NCBI GenBank assembly: GCA_902727925.1
Contig: CACVAW010000040.1
Span: forward strand, 5,075 to 69,074
Reading direction: 5' to 3'
DNA from: an uncultured Campylobacterales bacterium
GTDB lineage: Bacteria; Campylobacterota; Campylobacteria; Campylobacterales; CACVAW01
DNA: 64,000 nucleotides
Position 1 is the first letter of the stretch. Each line of letters opens with the position of its first letter. The translations under genes and the position numbers were made by a program. The notes below the pieces were generated by a model. It made no database searches and was not told the DNA's origin. It worked only from the letters and a program-made list of their open reading frames with translations. Positions 40,976 through 52,805 of the stretch are shown piece by piece.

Positions 40976-42568
40976 CTAATCCAAATTCAAAATTGCTTTA
41001 TCTATAGTATCATTAGGATTTTCTCTACTTTTGATATCACAAATAAATTTATTTTCTTTAATAATGATTTCATTTGCAAACATATTTTCTAATATTTGAT
41101 CAACTACAGCACCATTATCTTCACCATCATCTATAAGATTTCTTATTTCTTCTTCATCACTATGTTCAAGATCTATTATTTTAGGAGTAATAACAAAAAT
41201 TAATTCTTCAGTAGTTTTGACATCACTTTCATAAGAAAAAAGTTTACCTAAAAGTGGAATACTTCTTAAAATCGGAACACCATTTTGTTCTCTATCGTTA
41301 TTTGTTGTTATAAGACCACCTAAAATAACAGTATTTTTATTTTTGGTTCTAATTACAGTTGAAAGTTTTTTCTCTACTGTATCAGGAGGAAGAACTCTAA
41401 CCGTATCCTGTCTTAATTCGTCTTCACCATATTTAAAGTTACTAATTGAAGGGTTAATTCTAAGAGTTATTTCATCATCATTTGATATTTCAGGAGTAAT
41501 GTTAAGCAGTATTCCAATAAATACAGATTCAATTTCATAAGTGACACTTATTTGATTGTTTTCTCCAGTTGAGCTTTCTGTTTGTATTCTATAATTAATA
41601 TTATCACCAATTGTAATTAGAGCTTGTTGATTATTCATAGCCAATATTTTAGGATTTGAAACAACTTTTGATTTTCCTTGAGTGTCAAGAAAATTTAATA
41701 AACCCTCTATTGAAAAAGATAAAGTATTTCTAAGATTCAAAGTATTTGTAAAATCAAATGGATTATCGTAATCAGTACTTGTGTAAGTGACTTGATTGTT
41801 TCCTGAACTATTAGGATTTATGTCTAATTGAAACTTAGACCAATCTATTCCTGTCTTATTTGACTGACTAAGTGCAACAGAAACTATAGAGACATCAATT
41901 AATACTTGTTTATATAACCTATCTTTTAAAAGTTCTATATATTTTTCAACTGCATTAAGTTGTCCAATAGTACCACTAATTGTTATCAGTCCTGTTTCTT
42001 TATTTATAATTGGTTCAGCTATATCAGTTAAGTCTTGTGAAGAAGATTTTAAAATTTTTGATATTTGATCTGATATTTGATCCCAAAAATCAAAACTATC
42101 AGTTGATGCAATGGTATTTTCATCAGTATTGTCATTGTTTTCTTCACCACTACCTTTTAATTTAGCTCCAATTATAGATTTACCTGCTCTACTTGAAGAC
42201 ACATAATTTATTTTAAACGTTTTTATTTTATTTCCATAAATTCTTAAAACATCATCTTCAAAATCATAGAAAAGACCATTATCTTCAACTAAAATATTCA
42301 AAACTTTATCTAATTTAAGTCCTCTAATGTTTATACTATTACTTTTTGCTTTTAATTTTGTATTTGCTATAGAGTCTTTTACTACAGTAGTAAAACTACA
42401 AGATTTTGAAATTTTATCTATCACTTCTTTTATTGTAACACTATCTAATATATTTATATTGAACTTTTTATTCTTATCACAAATACCATAGCTAGTTGCA
42501 CTATACAAAACTGAACTAAGTAATATGAATGTTGCAATATTAAAAAATATTGATTTTGATTTTTTCAT
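40976..42568 (-). CDS. secretin (GspD/PilQ family)
   Basis: Signal peptide and N-domains. The C-terminal secretin motifs are VVSNPKILAMNNQQA, TVILGGL and VPILRSIPLLGKLF. About 70 aa of acidic C-terminal extension follow. Confidence 0.85.
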   Translation of the reverse strand: MKKSKSIFFNIATFILLSSVLYSATSYGICDKNKKFNINILDSVTIKEVIDKISKSCSFTTVVKDSIANTKLKAKSNSINIRGLKLDKVLNILVEDNGLFYDFEDDVLRIYGNKIKTFKINYVSSSRAGKSIIGAKLKGSGEENNDNTDENTIASTDSFDFWDQISDQISKILKSSSQDLTDIAEPIINKETGLITISGTIGQLNAVEKYIELLKDRLYKQVLIDVSIVSVALSQSNKTGIDWSKFQLDINPNSSGNNQVTYTSTDYDNPFDFTNTLNLRNTLSFSIEGLLNFLDTQGKSKVVSNPKILAMNNQQALITIGDNINYRIQTESSTGENNQISVTYEIESVFIGILLNITPEISNDDEITLRINPSISNFKYGEDELRQDTVRVLPPDTVEKKLSTVIRTKNKNTVILGGLITTNNDREQNGVPILRSIPLLGKLFSYESDVKTTEELIFVITPKIIDLEHSDEEEIRNLIDDGEDNGAVVDQILENMFANEIIIKENKFICDIKSRENPNDTIDKAILNLD

Positions 42569-42989
42569 TTAACTCTCCTATTTTTACTTTATAAATTTTT
42601 TTAGAATATTTACTTTTTAACTCTACTCTATCTTCATAGACTTTTTTAACCAAAAATCTTTTTCCTATATATTGCCCTTGCTTATACCATTTACCTCTAA
42701 CTAATACACTATCATCAAAAACACCTTCAACTCCAAAAGAAAGCTTTTTCGTATAACGTCTACTACTCTTAGTTTTAGATTTTATAACACTTGTCTTATT
42801 TTTTGATTTTAAAAGTTTTTTCTGATCATTTTTAGTTACAAATGGATCTTTCGTTTTTGACAATTTAACTCTATCTAAACTTATTTGTTCTTTTTCAACA
42901 TCCTTAACTATACGGTCTAACTTATCTGTATAGGTTTGATAAGAAAATAAGCTTAAAGAGAAACTAAATAATAAAATGATTTTTTTCAA
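42540..42989 (-). CDS. PilP-like periplasmic protein (assignment tentative)
   Basis: Signal peptide and a DPF motif. The C-terminal beta-rich segment reads LSFGVEGVFDDSVLVRGKWYKQGQYIG...VKKVYEDRVEL. It lies immediately upstream of the secretin. Confidence 0.5.
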   Translation of the reverse strand: MKKIILLFSFSLSLFSYQTYTDKLDRIVKDVEKEQISLDRVKLSKTKDPFVTKNDQKKLLKSKNKTSVIKSKTKSSRRYTKKLSFGVEGVFDDSVLVRGKWYKQGQYIGKRFLVKKVYEDRVELKSKYSKKIYKVKIGELNEKIKINIF

Positions 42990-43624
42990 TACTTCAACTC
43001 CCTTACAGCAATATCAAAATCTAAGTTTAAATTTTTACTAGTTTCAAGCTTAAGATTTTTAAGTTCAACGAAAGTAGCACTTCTCTCAATATCACTTAAA
43101 AATTTAACTATATTTTTAAAGGTACCTGTTACATTGATATTAAACTTTATGTATTCTTCAAAACTTTTCAACTTAACTTTTAAAATCTCATTTTCAATAT
43201 GATTAACTTTTACATTATATTTTTTTGCCAAATTAGAATATTCATCTAAAAGTAATGTCCACAGATTATCACGAGAAAGTTTTTTTGAGAGTTTTTTCAT
43301 TTTATCATCGATTAAAGCATCTTCTATCACTATAGTTTCATACTCTAATTTCATTTTTGATACTTCTTCTTCTAATCTTCTTTTTTCCAACTCTTCGTTA
43401 TTTCCTCTTAATCTAGAGTTAAGATAGTCTTGTTGTACTTTTAGTTTTCTTTCTGATTTACTAAGTTCAGTTTTAGCTTTTTTTAATTTTTGTTCGGTGA
43501 TAGGAAAAACATTTGTCCAAAAAATATAAAGAATCAAGCCAAAAACAGCGAATAATATAATAAATTTCTCACTTGATTTTCTCTGTCCCATAAAAGAATC
43601 TATTTTATCAAAAAATTTATTCAT
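42986..43624 (-). CDS. PilO-like bitopic membrane protein (assignment tentative)
   Basis: N-terminal TM (FIILFAVFGLILYIFW), a long coiled coil and a C-terminal alpha/beta segment. 4-nt overlaps with both neighbours. Confidence 0.5.
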   Translation of the reverse strand: MNKFFDKIDSFMGQRKSSEKFIILFAVFGLILYIFWTNVFPITEQKLKKAKTELSKSERKLKVQQDYLNSRLRGNNEELEKRRLEEEVSKMKLEYETIVIEDALIDDKMKKLSKKLSRDNLWTLLLDEYSNLAKKYNVKVNHIENEILKVKLKSFEEYIKFNINVTGTFKNIVKFLSDIERSATFVELKNLKLETSKNLNLDFDIAVRELKY

Positions 43625-45140
43625 TAATTAGTACCTCCATTTTACTTCTATATATTGAGGTATTATCATCTAATCTTTTAGTATATACATCAAACTTATT
43701 GTCAATATTTATTGTTTTTATAAGTTCAGTAATTTTTTTATCTTTATAACTAATAACTTCCATATTTATTTTTGTGTCATTAAACTCAAAACTATCTATT
43801 AAAACCTCTGAATTAGAAAAATACTCTACAAGATTATTTATAACACTAGCTCTTGATTTATACTCAAATTTGTACTTTATTATATTATCTATAATATTTT
43901 GTTTACCACTTATAATATTTTCTACTTTTTTTATATCGATATGTAACTTATCTTTTTCTCTATTTAATGCTTGAATTTGCGATTTTATATCATCTTTTTT
44001 TTCTGTCAATTCTTGATATCTTCTATCAACCGAAGTTTTATCTAATTGAAGCTTATAAGAATATACAAGTTCGCCTAAAGGATAAAGTGATCCCACAAGA
44101 ATAGATATAAGAACTACACTCATCAGCTTTCCACTATCCCGGTCTTGAAAAGGTATAGGTCTTTGAATATGTGATACATTAAATGTAGGATAATCTCCTG
44201 AGATATAGTCTCTAGCATTTAAAAATAATAATGTGTTTTTAGTATCATCTTCAAAATTATAATTTTTATAATTAATATCTAATTCAGCAACATTCGCTTT
44301 AGATGAAAGATACTTTTCTGCATGTTCAAAAAATATTTTACTTTTATTTCTATCCATAGAAATAAAAATATTTGAAAAAGCATCTATTTTTTTAATTCTT
44401 TGAGAAAATGATAAAATTTCATTTACACCAATAAAGGCTTCTTCTAATACTTGAGCCATATATGAATTAAATATTTCATTTGTGCTTTCGTTATTTGTAT
44501 AACTCTCTAGATTAGCATAAAAATTAGACCCTATAAGATTTTGTCCTAATAGCTCAGAAATTTTTTCATTTATTCTTTTTAAAGAATAACCAAAAGATTT
44601 AGAATAAATAAAATCTCCACTCTTATAAATACTTAAATACGCATCATTTTTATCAAAGGTAATAAAACAATCTACTCTAGTTTCATTTTTAGGAAAAATT
44701 TGTTTATTATATAGCGATTTATATATTAAAGGTGCCGGTAATATATAATCAACAAATCCAACTTCTGAAGACAAGTCTTTAAAACCTTCTTCTAAATCAA
44801 TTGTATTTATAACAAAAGTATCAAATACTCTATGTCCAGACTTTTCAGGTTCAGTATGTTTATTTTCTATATAAAGTATTTTATAGTTTTCAGCATAATT
44901 AAGTTTTAATTCTTCATAGAGTTCAACTTCAATAGTGTCATACAAATCTTCATCAGCGACATTCCGGTTTATTTCTATGACTTCTGATATATACTTTGTA
45001 CTATTTAATGAAGATATTCTAAAATCACTCTTTTTTACACTTTTTAAATTAGAAATTTTTTGCAAAGTTCCATTGGGAGAGTATCTAAGAACATGATCAA
45101 GTTCTGTATCAAAAGCAACGATATTGGGATTCTTTACCAA
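43617..45140 (-). CDS. PilM/PilN-like fusion protein (assignment tentative)
   Basis: 507 aa with a TTG start. A roughly 330-aa cytoplasmic region is followed by one TM (LMSVVLISILVGSLYPLG), a coiled coil and a C-terminal domain. It is the first gene of the pilus-like operon. Confidence 0.45.
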   Translation of the reverse strand: MVKNPNIVAFDTELDHVLRYSPNGTLQKISNLKSVKKSDFRISSLNSTKYISEVIEINRNVADEDLYDTIEVELYEELKLNYAENYKILYIENKHTEPEKSGHRVFDTFVINTIDLEEGFKDLSSEVGFVDYILPAPLIYKSLYNKQIFPKNETRVDCFITFDKNDAYLSIYKSGDFIYSKSFGYSLKRINEKISELLGQNLIGSNFYANLESYTNNESTNEIFNSYMAQVLEEAFIGVNEILSFSQRIKKIDAFSNIFISMDRNKSKIFFEHAEKYLSSKANVAELDINYKNYNFEDDTKNTLLFLNARDYISGDYPTFNVSHIQRPIPFQDRDSGKLMSVVLISILVGSLYPLGELVYSYKLQLDKTSVDRRYQELTEKKDDIKSQIQALNREKDKLHIDIKKVENIISGKQNIIDNIIKYKFEYKSRASVINNLVEYFSNSEVLIDSFEFNDTKINMEVISYKDKKITELIKTINIDNKFDVYTKRLDDNTSIYRSKMEVLINE

Positions 45141-45166
45141 AAAACAACCTTATATAGAAATTTAAC

Positions 45167-45201
45167 TTTTGTGTATAAGTTCAAAGACACTATACACAAA
45201 A
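45167..45201. promoter_or_regulatory. 11-bp perfect inverted repeat between carB and the pilus-like operon
   Basis: TTTTGTGTATA-13 nt-TATACACAAAA, lying 27-61 nt upstream of the TTG start at 45140. Confidence 0.4.
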
Positions 45202-45274
45202 ATTATTTTATTTTAACTAATCAAGTAAATGAAAAGTCAATGAATCTACATATAGTATTCAAATATTTTTAAAT

Positions 45275-48200
45275 TCAGGCTAAATATTCTTGTAAACTTT
45301 TAGGATAATAGATATCTACACCATTTTTTATCATCTTTATAGCTTTAATAGCCGTATTTGCTGCTGATATTGTAGTAAAATAAGGAATATTTTGCTTCAA
45401 AACTAATCTTCTAATTTGTGCAGCATCATCTTTACTTGATCTTTCATCACTAGTATTAATAACACAAGATATTTCATCATTTTGAAGTAAGTCAGATATA
45501 TTAGGTCTACCTTCACTAATTTTTAATGTTCGTTCACATTTAATATTATGTTCATTTAAAAATTTTGCTGTACCACTTGTAGCTACTAACTCAAATCCAC
45601 TCTCAATATATTTTTTAGCTATTAAATTAAAATATTTTTTATCTTCATCTCTTAATGACACAAAAACTCTACCTTTTTCTGTAGGTAATTTATTGTTTGA
45701 TGCAAGTTGTGCTTTTGCAAAAGATGCCTCAAAACTATCACTTATCCCCATAACTTCACCTGTACTTTTCATTTCAGGTCCAAGAATAAGATCAGCCCCA
45801 CTTAATTTATTAAAAGGAAAAACTGCTTCTTTTACGGATACAAAATCAGTTTTTTTAGGCTTATATAGACCTTCTTTATTCAGATAAACTATATTAAACT
45901 TATCATAAAAACTTAATGCACTTTCAAGACTATCACCATACATTACTCTAGTAGCAACTTTTGCAAGAGGTACACCTGTTGACTTACTAACAAAGGGTAC
46001 TGTTCTACTTGCTCTTGGATTAACTTCTATTAAATAAACTTCCGTTTGATATACTGCAAATTGAATATTAAGTAATCCTTTAACTCCTAAATTCAAAGCA
46101 ATCTTAGCTGTTTGAGATTCTATCTCTTTAATTGTATCTTCATCCAGACTAACTGAAGGTAATGAACACGCACTATCTCCACTATGTATACCAGCCTCTT
46201 CAATATGCTGCATCACACTACCAATATAAACATTTTTTTCATCACTAATCGCGTCAACATCAACTTCAATTGCATTGTCTAAAAATTTATCTATTAATAC
46301 GGGAGAATCATTACTTACACTTACAGCTTCATCCATATAAGTCATAAGTTCTAGCTCTGTATATACTATTCTCATAGCTCTTCCACCAAGAACATAACTT
46401 GGACGTACAAGAACAGGATAACCTATCTTTAATGCTTTAGCAGTCGCTTCTTCTTTTGAAGTTGCTGTATCATTTTGAGGTTGAAGTAAATTATTTTTTT
46501 GGGCAAATGCTGAAAACTTTTTTCTATCTTCTGCTAGATCTATAACTTCTGCTGTTGTCCCTATTATTTTACCACCCATCTGAGTAATTTTACGAGATAG
46601 TTTAAGTGGAGTTTGTCCTCCAAAATGTACTATTATTCCATCTGGATTTTCTCTTTCAATCACGGATCTAACTCTTTCAAAATTAATAGGTTCAAAATAA
46701 AGAATATCACTTGTATCATAATCTGTAGATACAGTTTCAGGATTACAGTTATACATTATAGTTGTAATTCCCATATCTCTAAGGGCATATGAAGCATGAA
46801 CACAACAATAATCAAATTCAATACCTTGACCAATCCTATTTGGACCTCCACCGATTATAAGAACTTTTTTATCTGTACTCTTAGATTGTTCTTTTTTAAA
46901 TTCATCATTAATATTAATACTTGAATACAAATACGGTGTAAGTGATGCAAACTCAGCAGAACATGTATCAACTTCACTGTAAGTATATTCAATCCCAAAT
47001 TCTTTTCTTTTTAAATAAACTTCATCTTCACTTACATCAATTAACTTAGCTATAAAGCTATCACTAAACCCATCAATTTTGGCTTGCTTTAATTGTGATC
47101 TATCTTTTAATATACCTTTTGTTATTTTCTTTTCAAATTCAATTAATTCTTCAAATTGATATAAAAACCATCTGTCAACAGCACAAAGTTCAAAAATCTC
47201 TTCTACAGTATAGCCTCTTCTAAATGCTTCAGCAATATATAAAAATCTATTAACGTTTGGTCTTCTTATATCTTTTTTGAGTAATTCATCACTTACATCA
47301 ACCTTCTCAAAGCCATCAAGGTCAGTTTCCATAGAACAAAGTGCTTTTTGAAAGCTTTCTTTAAATGTACGGCCAATAGCCATAGCCTCACCTACACTTT
47401 TCATACTAGTACCCAAAGTTGAATCTTCTTTTGGAAACTTTTCAAATGTAAAACGAGGAATTTTTGTAACAATATAATCTATAACAGGTTCAAATGAAGC
47501 TGTAGTACCAGTTATATCATTTTTGATTTCATCTAGACTAAAGCCCATAGCAAGTAATGTTGCTACTTTAGCTATTGGGTATCCCGTAGCTTTAGAAGCT
47601 AACGCAGAACTTCTTGAAACTCTAGGATTCATTTCAATTACTATCATTCTTCCAGTTTTTGGATTGATAGAAAACTGAACATTACTTCCACCTGTATCAA
47701 CTCCAATTTCACGCAAAATTGCAAAAGAGGCATCTCTCATTCTTTGATATTCTTTATCTGTAAGAGTAAGTGCAGGAGCTACTGTAATACTATCTCCCGT
47801 ATGAACACCCATAGGGTCTACATTTTCAATTGAACATACTATTATGCAGTTATCTTTATGATCACGAATAACTTCCATCTCATATTCTTTCCAACCAAGA
47901 AGTGACTCTTCAATAAGAATTTCATTTATAGGGCTATGATCAATACCATTTTGAGCAATTTTTTCAAATTCATCTATATTATAAGCGATTCCACTTCCTG
48001 CTCCACCCATCGTAAAAGAAGCTCTTATTATTAGAGGAAACCCTATCTCTTTTGCAGCACTCTGTGCTTCATTCATATTATAAGCATATTTACTAATTGG
48101 TAAATCCATACCTATTTTTATCATTGATTCTTTAAAAAGTTGTCTATCTTCACCTTTTTTAATTGCCTCAGGATTTGCCCCTAAGAACTTAATCCCCTCA

Positions 48201-48523
48201 AGCATACCTTTTTCGTGCATACTCATAGCAACATTAAGAGCAGTTTGCCCTCCCATAGTAGGAAGAATTGCATCAACATTTTCTTTTTTTATTATATTTG
48301 ATATTACATTCTCATTTATAGGTTCTATATATGTAGAATCTGCGAACTCTGGATCAGTCATGATAGTTGCAGGGTTAGAGTTAATAAGAACTACTTTATA
48401 CCCTAGCTCTTTAAGTGTTTTTGCAGCTTGTGCACCTGAATAATCAAATTCACATGCTTGACCTATAATGATAGGACCTGAACCTATAAGTAAAACTGTT
48501 TTTATATCATTTTTTTTTGGCAT
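45275..48523 (-). CDS. carB: carbamoyl-phosphate synthase large subunit
   Basis: 1082 aa with duplicated ATP-grasp halves ([12 protein letters not shown] / [11 protein letters not shown]) and an MGS-like C-terminus. Confidence 0.95.
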   Translation of the reverse strand: MPKKNDIKTVLLIGSGPIIIGQACEFDYSGAQAAKTLKELGYKVVLINSNPATIMTDPEFADSTYIEPINENVISNIIKKENVDAILPTMGGQTALNVAMSMHEKGMLEGIKFLGANPEAIKKGEDRQLFKESMIKIGMDLPISKYAYNMNEAQSAAKEIGFPLIIRASFTMGGAGSGIAYNIDEFEKIAQNGIDHSPINEILIEESLLGWKEYEMEVIRDHKDNCIIVCSIENVDPMGVHTGDSITVAPALTLTDKEYQRMRDASFAILREIGVDTGGSNVQFSINPKTGRMIVIEMNPRVSRSSALASKATGYPIAKVATLLAMGFSLDEIKNDITGTTASFEPVIDYIVTKIPRFTFEKFPKEDSTLGTSMKSVGEAMAIGRTFKESFQKALCSMETDLDGFEKVDVSDELLKKDIRRPNVNRFLYIAEAFRRGYTVEEIFELCAVDRWFLYQFEELIEFEKKITKGILKDRSQLKQAKIDGFSDSFIAKLIDVSEDEVYLKRKEFGIEYTYSEVDTCSAEFASLTPYLYSSININDEFKKEQSKSTDKKVLIIGGGPNRIGQGIEFDYCCVHASYALRDMGITTIMYNCNPETVSTDYDTSDILYFEPINFERVRSVIERENPDGIIVHFGGQTPLKLSRKITQMGGKIIGTTAEVIDLAEDRKKFSAFAQKNNLLQPQNDTATSKEEATAKALKIGYPVLVRPSYVLGGRAMRIVYTELELMTYMDEAVSVSNDSPVLIDKFLDNAIEVDVDAISDEKNVYIGSVMQHIEEAGIHSGDSACSLPSVSLDEDTIKEIESQTAKIALNLGVKGLLNIQFAVYQTEVYLIEVNPRASRTVPFVSKSTGVPLAKVATRVMYGDSLESALSFYDKFNIVYLNKEGLYKPKKTDFVSVKEAVFPFNKLSGADLILGPEMKSTGEVMGISDSFEASFAKAQLASNNKLPTEKGRVFVSLRDEDKKYFNLIAKKYIESGFELVATSGTAKFLNEHNIKCERTLKISEGRPNISDLLQNDEISCVINTSDERSSKDDAAQIRRLVLKQNIPYFTTISAANTAIKAIKMIKNGVDIYYPKSLQEYLA

Positions 48524-48547
48524 ATTTTCCTCTTAAAATTGTAACTT

Positions 48548-49291
48548 TTATATAACCATATTTAATATGTCTGTTATGTAATTCTTTTTATTGACATTAA
48601 CTTTTACTGTAATGTAATCTTCATCTTTAATAACTTCTTTTACAATACCTACATTAGTACCTCTATAAAAGATATTGTCAAGTCCACTAGTAAATACTTC
48701 ATCTCCAACTTTTGGAGACATCCAAGTAGGAATAAATTTGATTAACATACCATCATAAGAGCCAAAAGCTATTCCAGGGACCTTATCTTCACCTATATAA
48801 ACAGCATAAACACACTCTTTATCAAAATTTGTAATTAATTTTAAACTATTATCTTCTAATTTTGCTGTACCATAGGTAAATTCACCAGCTATTACTCCAT
48901 AGATTTTTTCATTATCTAATGTAATATTTGTCGGTTTTGTAATCCAAAGCTTATTTAAATCTTTTAAACTAACATAAGATAACACTTTTACAGGCTTGAC
49001 ATTTGCTTCTAGTGAAAATCCAAAATTTTCGTATTTTCTAACTTCTTCTTTGAGCTCTTTATATTTATGATATTTTATTTCTAAAACTTCATTTCTTTTA
49101 CTTAGTTCATCTATTGTATCAAGTTGAAAAAAATATTTGTCTTTTTTATAACTTACAAAATCTACAAAACTAGAAAAACTAAGTTTATATCCATTTGAAA
49201 ATTCTAATAAAAATGACTTAATGTCATTTCTAAAAAAAAAGAATAATACTAATAAAACAAGTAATAATATACTTTTTTTATTTTTAGTCAT
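48548..49291 (-). CDS. mreC: rod shape-determining protein MreC
   Basis: N-terminal TM and coiled coil. GDEVFTSGLDNIFYRGTNVGIV matches the MreC motif. It overlaps mreB by 8 nt. Confidence 0.8.
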   Translation of the reverse strand: MTKNKKSILLLVLLVLFFFFRNDIKSFLLEFSNGYKLSFSSFVDFVSYKKDKYFFQLDTIDELSKRNEVLEIKYHKYKELKEEVRKYENFGFSLEANVKPVKVLSYVSLKDLNKLWITKPTNITLDNEKIYGVIAGEFTYGTAKLEDNSLKLITNFDKECVYAVYIGEDKVPGIAFGSYDGMLIKFIPTWMSPKVGDEVFTSGLDNIFYRGTNVGIVKEVIKDEDYITVKVNVNKKNYITDILNMVI

Positions 49292-50327
49292 TTTCGCTGT
49301 GAACCAACTTTAATATATCAATATTTTCTAACGCTTCACCTGTACCTTTAGCAACTGCTAAAAGTGGGTTCTCAGCTACAAAAACCGGTAGCTTTACAAC
49401 ATTCTTAAGATAAACATCTAATCCTCTGATCAAAGCTCCTCCACCAGTGAGCACTATCCCGTTTTCTACAATATCACCTGCTAAATCAGGAGGCATTTGT
49501 TCTAACACTTCTTTTAAAGCATTTGCAATATCTTTTAGAGGTTTTTCCATAGCATCTTTAATGTCTTTAGATGTAAGTTCTATTTTTGTAAGCAATCCTC
49601 TTATTTGGTCTTTACCTTTTACATACATTTTAAGTTCTTCATTTGGTGGTAAAACTACAGCTGAACCTATTCTGATTTTGATTTCTTCACCTGTTCGCTC
49701 ACCTATTAAAAGATTATATTTTTCTTTTACAAAATCTACTATAGCTTTATCTATCTTATCACCTGCAACTTTAATAGATTTACTTATAACAAGACCTCCA
49801 AGAGATACAACACCAATTTCAGTTGTACCACCACCAATATCAACTACCAAGTTACCTACTGGTTCCATTACAGGAAGACCTGCTCCGATGGCTGCTGCCA
49901 TCGGTTCTGCTATCAAATGAACTTCTCTTGCGTTGGCATTATATGCGGCTTCTTTTACAGCTTTTCTTTCTACTTGAGTTAAATCATAAGGAACACAAAT
50001 AATAACTCTAGGGCTTACAAATCTTTTTCTTGCATGAACTTTTTGAATAAAATATCTTATCATAGTCTCAGTAATATCAAAATCTGCTATTACTCCATCT
50101 TTCATAGGTCTAATCGCTTCAACGTTACCTGGTGTTTTACCAACCATTTTCTTAGCTTCTGTACCTACAGCTAAAACTTTATTTACACCAAATTTATCTC
50201 TTTTGACAGCTACAACTGAAGGCTCATTTATAACAATGCCTTTTCCTTTGACACTCACTATTGTGTTTGCAGTTCCGAGATCTATACTCATGTCAGTTGA
50301 AAACAACTCTAATACTTTACCTACCAT
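49284..50327 (-). CDS. mreB: rod shape-determining protein MreB
   Basis: Actin-fold motifs are DLGTANT, DIGGGTTE and GIVLTGGGA. Confidence 0.95.
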   Translation of the reverse strand: MVGKVLELFSTDMSIDLGTANTIVSVKGKGIVINEPSVVAVKRDKFGVNKVLAVGTEAKKMVGKTPGNVEAIRPMKDGVIADFDITETMIRYFIQKVHARKRFVSPRVIICVPYDLTQVERKAVKEAAYNANAREVHLIAEPMAAAIGAGLPVMEPVGNLVVDIGGGTTEIGVVSLGGLVISKSIKVAGDKIDKAIVDFVKEKYNLLIGERTGEEIKIRIGSAVVLPPNEELKMYVKGKDQIRGLLTKIELTSKDIKDAMEKPLKDIANALKEVLEQMPPDLAGDIVENGIVLTGGGALIRGLDVYLKNVVKLPVFVAENPLLAVAKGTGEALENIDILKLVHSEND

Positions 50328-51574
50328 TATGCACTCTTTTTAGTTAATTTTTTTAATTTGTGTTTTACTGTATGTTTTAATACTAACTCTTTTGTAATTT
50401 CTACTTTTTTCAATTTAGACTCTGGTAATTCATACATAATATCAAGCATTATCGTTTCTAAAATAGACCTTAAACCCCTTGCCCCTGTTTTTCTTCTAAT
50501 AGCCATATTAGCTATTTCATCAAGAGCATCTTTGTTAAATACCAATTCAACTCCATCTATTTTGAATAAACTTTGATACTGTTTAACTAAAGAGTTTTTA
50601 GGTTCTGAGAGTATTCTTACCATATCTGGAGCACTTATCTCATCAAGTGAGGCTATAGCATGGAGCCTACCAATTAATTCTGGAATTAGTCCAAAACTAA
50701 TTAAATCATCGGGTTCTAAAAACTTAAGTATATCTATACTTTGATCTTTTGTAACTTTTGTTTGATTAAAACCTAAAGTATTAGTACCTAGTCTTCTTTT
50801 GATAATATCTTCAATACCAGCAAAAGCCCCACCACAAACAAAAAGGATACTTGAAGTGTCTATAGAAATAAAATCCTGATTAGGATGTTTTCTTCCACCT
50901 TTACTTGAAATATTTACTACACTTCCTTCTATGATTTTAAGAAGTGCTTGTTGTACACCTTCACCTGAAACATCTCTTGTTATAGATCTATTTTCACCAA
51001 GTCTTGCAATTTTGTCAATTTCGTCGATAAAAACTATACCTTTTTGAGCACGTTTTACATCACCGTCAGCAGCTTGAAGAAGTCTTGTTAATATATTTTC
51101 AACATCTTCACCTACATAACCAGCTTCTGTTAAACTTGTAGCATCTGTAATAGCTATTGGGATATTAAGTATTCTTGCAAGTGTTTGGGCAAGTAATGTT
51201 TTACCACTTCCCGTAGGTCCCACAAAAAGTACATTAGTTTTTTGAATTTCTACATCATCTTTATTTTCTTGAAATATTCTTTTGTAATGGTTATAAACAT
51301 TTACAGCAAATACTTTTTTTGCTCGGTCCTGAGAAATAACATATTCATCAAGCGTAGCTTTAATACTCTTAGGAGTAAAATCTTTTAAAGTGTTTTCATC
51401 TAACTCTAATGAAGATTTTGTAGGTTCTTGTGATGAATTTTTATCCAAAATATCTGAAAATAATACTTCATAACCTGACTCTACACAGTCTTCACAAATA
51501 TTTGCATTTTCACCTGCTAATATTCTTATGTCTTTAATATTTCTTAAACAAAAATCACATATATTATCACTCAT
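50327..51574 (-). CDS. clpX: ATP-dependent Clp protease ATP-binding subunit ClpX
   Basis: The N-terminal C4 zinc finger is CDFC...CEDC. Walker A is GPTGSGKT, and the IGF-type loop region is present. Confidence 0.95.
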   Translation of the reverse strand: MSDNICDFCLRNIKDIRILAGENANICEDCVESGYEVLFSDILDKNSSQEPTKSSLELDENTLKDFTPKSIKATLDEYVISQDRAKKVFAVNVYNHYKRIFQENKDDVEIQKTNVLFVGPTGSGKTLLAQTLARILNIPIAITDATSLTEAGYVGEDVENILTRLLQAADGDVKRAQKGIVFIDEIDKIARLGENRSITRDVSGEGVQQALLKIIEGSVVNISSKGGRKHPNQDFISIDTSSILFVCGGAFAGIEDIIKRRLGTNTLGFNQTKVTKDQSIDILKFLEPDDLISFGLIPELIGRLHAIASLDEISAPDMVRILSEPKNSLVKQYQSLFKIDGVELVFNKDALDEIANMAIRRKTGARGLRSILETIMLDIMYELPESKLKKVEITKELVLKHTVKHKLKKLTKKSA

Positions 51575-52358
51575 TAATTATCCTCTTATAAGGTATTCCT
51601 CTATTTGTATTAAGTACAAAATTACATAATTTTTCAACACTTTGAAATTTTGTAGTACTTAAAATATTTGTAGCGCTATCTTTTATTGGATCATTTGTTC
51701 TAAAAAGCTTTCTGTAAACTTGTCTTAACTCATCAATCTCAGTTTTATCAATGTTACTTCGTCTTAAACCCACAAGGTTAAGACCCTTAAGTTCAGCGCG
51801 GTTTCCTTCAGCTACACAATATGGAGGTATATCTTGTGAAACGGCAGCTGCTCCAGCAATCATAGAAAACTCACCAAGCGTAACAAACTGATGAACAGCA
51901 GAACCTCCACCTATTATAGAGTTATTCTTAACTTGGACATGACCTGCGAGTATAGCAGCATTAACTAGGATAACATTATCAGCTATAACAACATCATGTG
52001 CTACATGAACTTGCCCCATAATAAGATTGTTATTACCTATTACAGTTTGACCTTTATCTTTTAATGTCCCTGTATTTATCAGTATATGTTCTCTAAACGT
52101 ATTATTTTTACCAATTAAAAGCTTAGTAAAATCACTTTTTTTATATGAAAAATCCTGAGGATCCGTCCCAAGAACAGCAAAAGGAAATACTTCACACCCT
52201 TCATCCATCTCAGTGTTCCCAGTAATAACTGCATTACTATGAATTTTTACATTATTTGCTATTTTTACATTTTTACCAATATAGCTAAATGGTCCAACTT
52301 CTACATTTTCACCTAATACAGCACCATCTTCTATCACAGCTCTTTTGTCAATTGCCAT
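51567..52358 (-). CDS. lpxA: acyl-ACP--UDP-N-acetylglucosamine O-acyltransferase
   Basis: Left-handed beta-helix hexapeptide repeats. 263 aa. It lies upstream of clpX and downstream of fabZ. Confidence 0.9.
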   Translation of the reverse strand: MAIDKRAVIEDGAVLGENVEVGPFSYIGKNVKIANNVKIHSNAVITGNTEMDEGCEVFPFAVLGTDPQDFSYKKSDFTKLLIGKNNTFREHILINTGTLKDKGQTVIGNNNLIMGQVHVAHDVVIADNVILVNAAILAGHVQVKNNSIIGGGSAVHQFVTLGEFSMIAGAAAVSQDIPPYCVAEGNRAELKGLNLVGLRRSNIDKTEIDELRQVYRKLFRTNDPIKDSATNILSTTKFQSVEKLCNFVLNTNRGIPYKRIINE

Positions 52359-52805
52359 TTACTTGTCCACTATCATCGCTTTTAATTCAGCCTCAGCACA
52401 AAGTGTACCCTCAACATAAGCTTGACCTTTAAATACCCAAATACTACCTTTGTTCTTAACCACAGCTAATTCATATTCTAGCTTATCTCCAGGTTTTACA
52501 GGAGATCTAAATTTACATTTATCTATACTCATAAAGTAGACTACTTTATTTTTTATTTTTTCTGGGGTAATTCCATCTATACTTTTAAATGCAAGCACTC
52601 CACCCACCTGAGCCATACCTTCAACTATCATGACACCTGGATATATAGGATGTCCAGGAAAATGTCCTTGAAAGATAGCTTCATTAATTGTAATATTTTT
52701 ATATCCACGAATACTTTCTTTTTCTTTTACTTCGGTAATTCTATCAACCAATAAAAATGGATACCTATGAGGAAGTATTTCTTGAATTTCATTAACATCT
52801 ACCAT
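52359..52805 (-). CDS. fabZ: 3-hydroxyacyl-ACP dehydratase
   Basis: [11 protein letters not shown] and [11 protein letters not shown] motifs. 148 aa. Confidence 0.92.
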   Translation of the reverse strand: MVDVNEIQEILPHRYPFLLVDRITEVKEKESIRGYKNITINEAIFQGHFPGHPIYPGVMIVEGMAQVGGVLAFKSIDGITPEKIKNKVVYFMSIDKCKFRSPVKPGDKLEYELAVVKNKGSIWVFKGQAYVEGTLCAEAELKAMIVDK

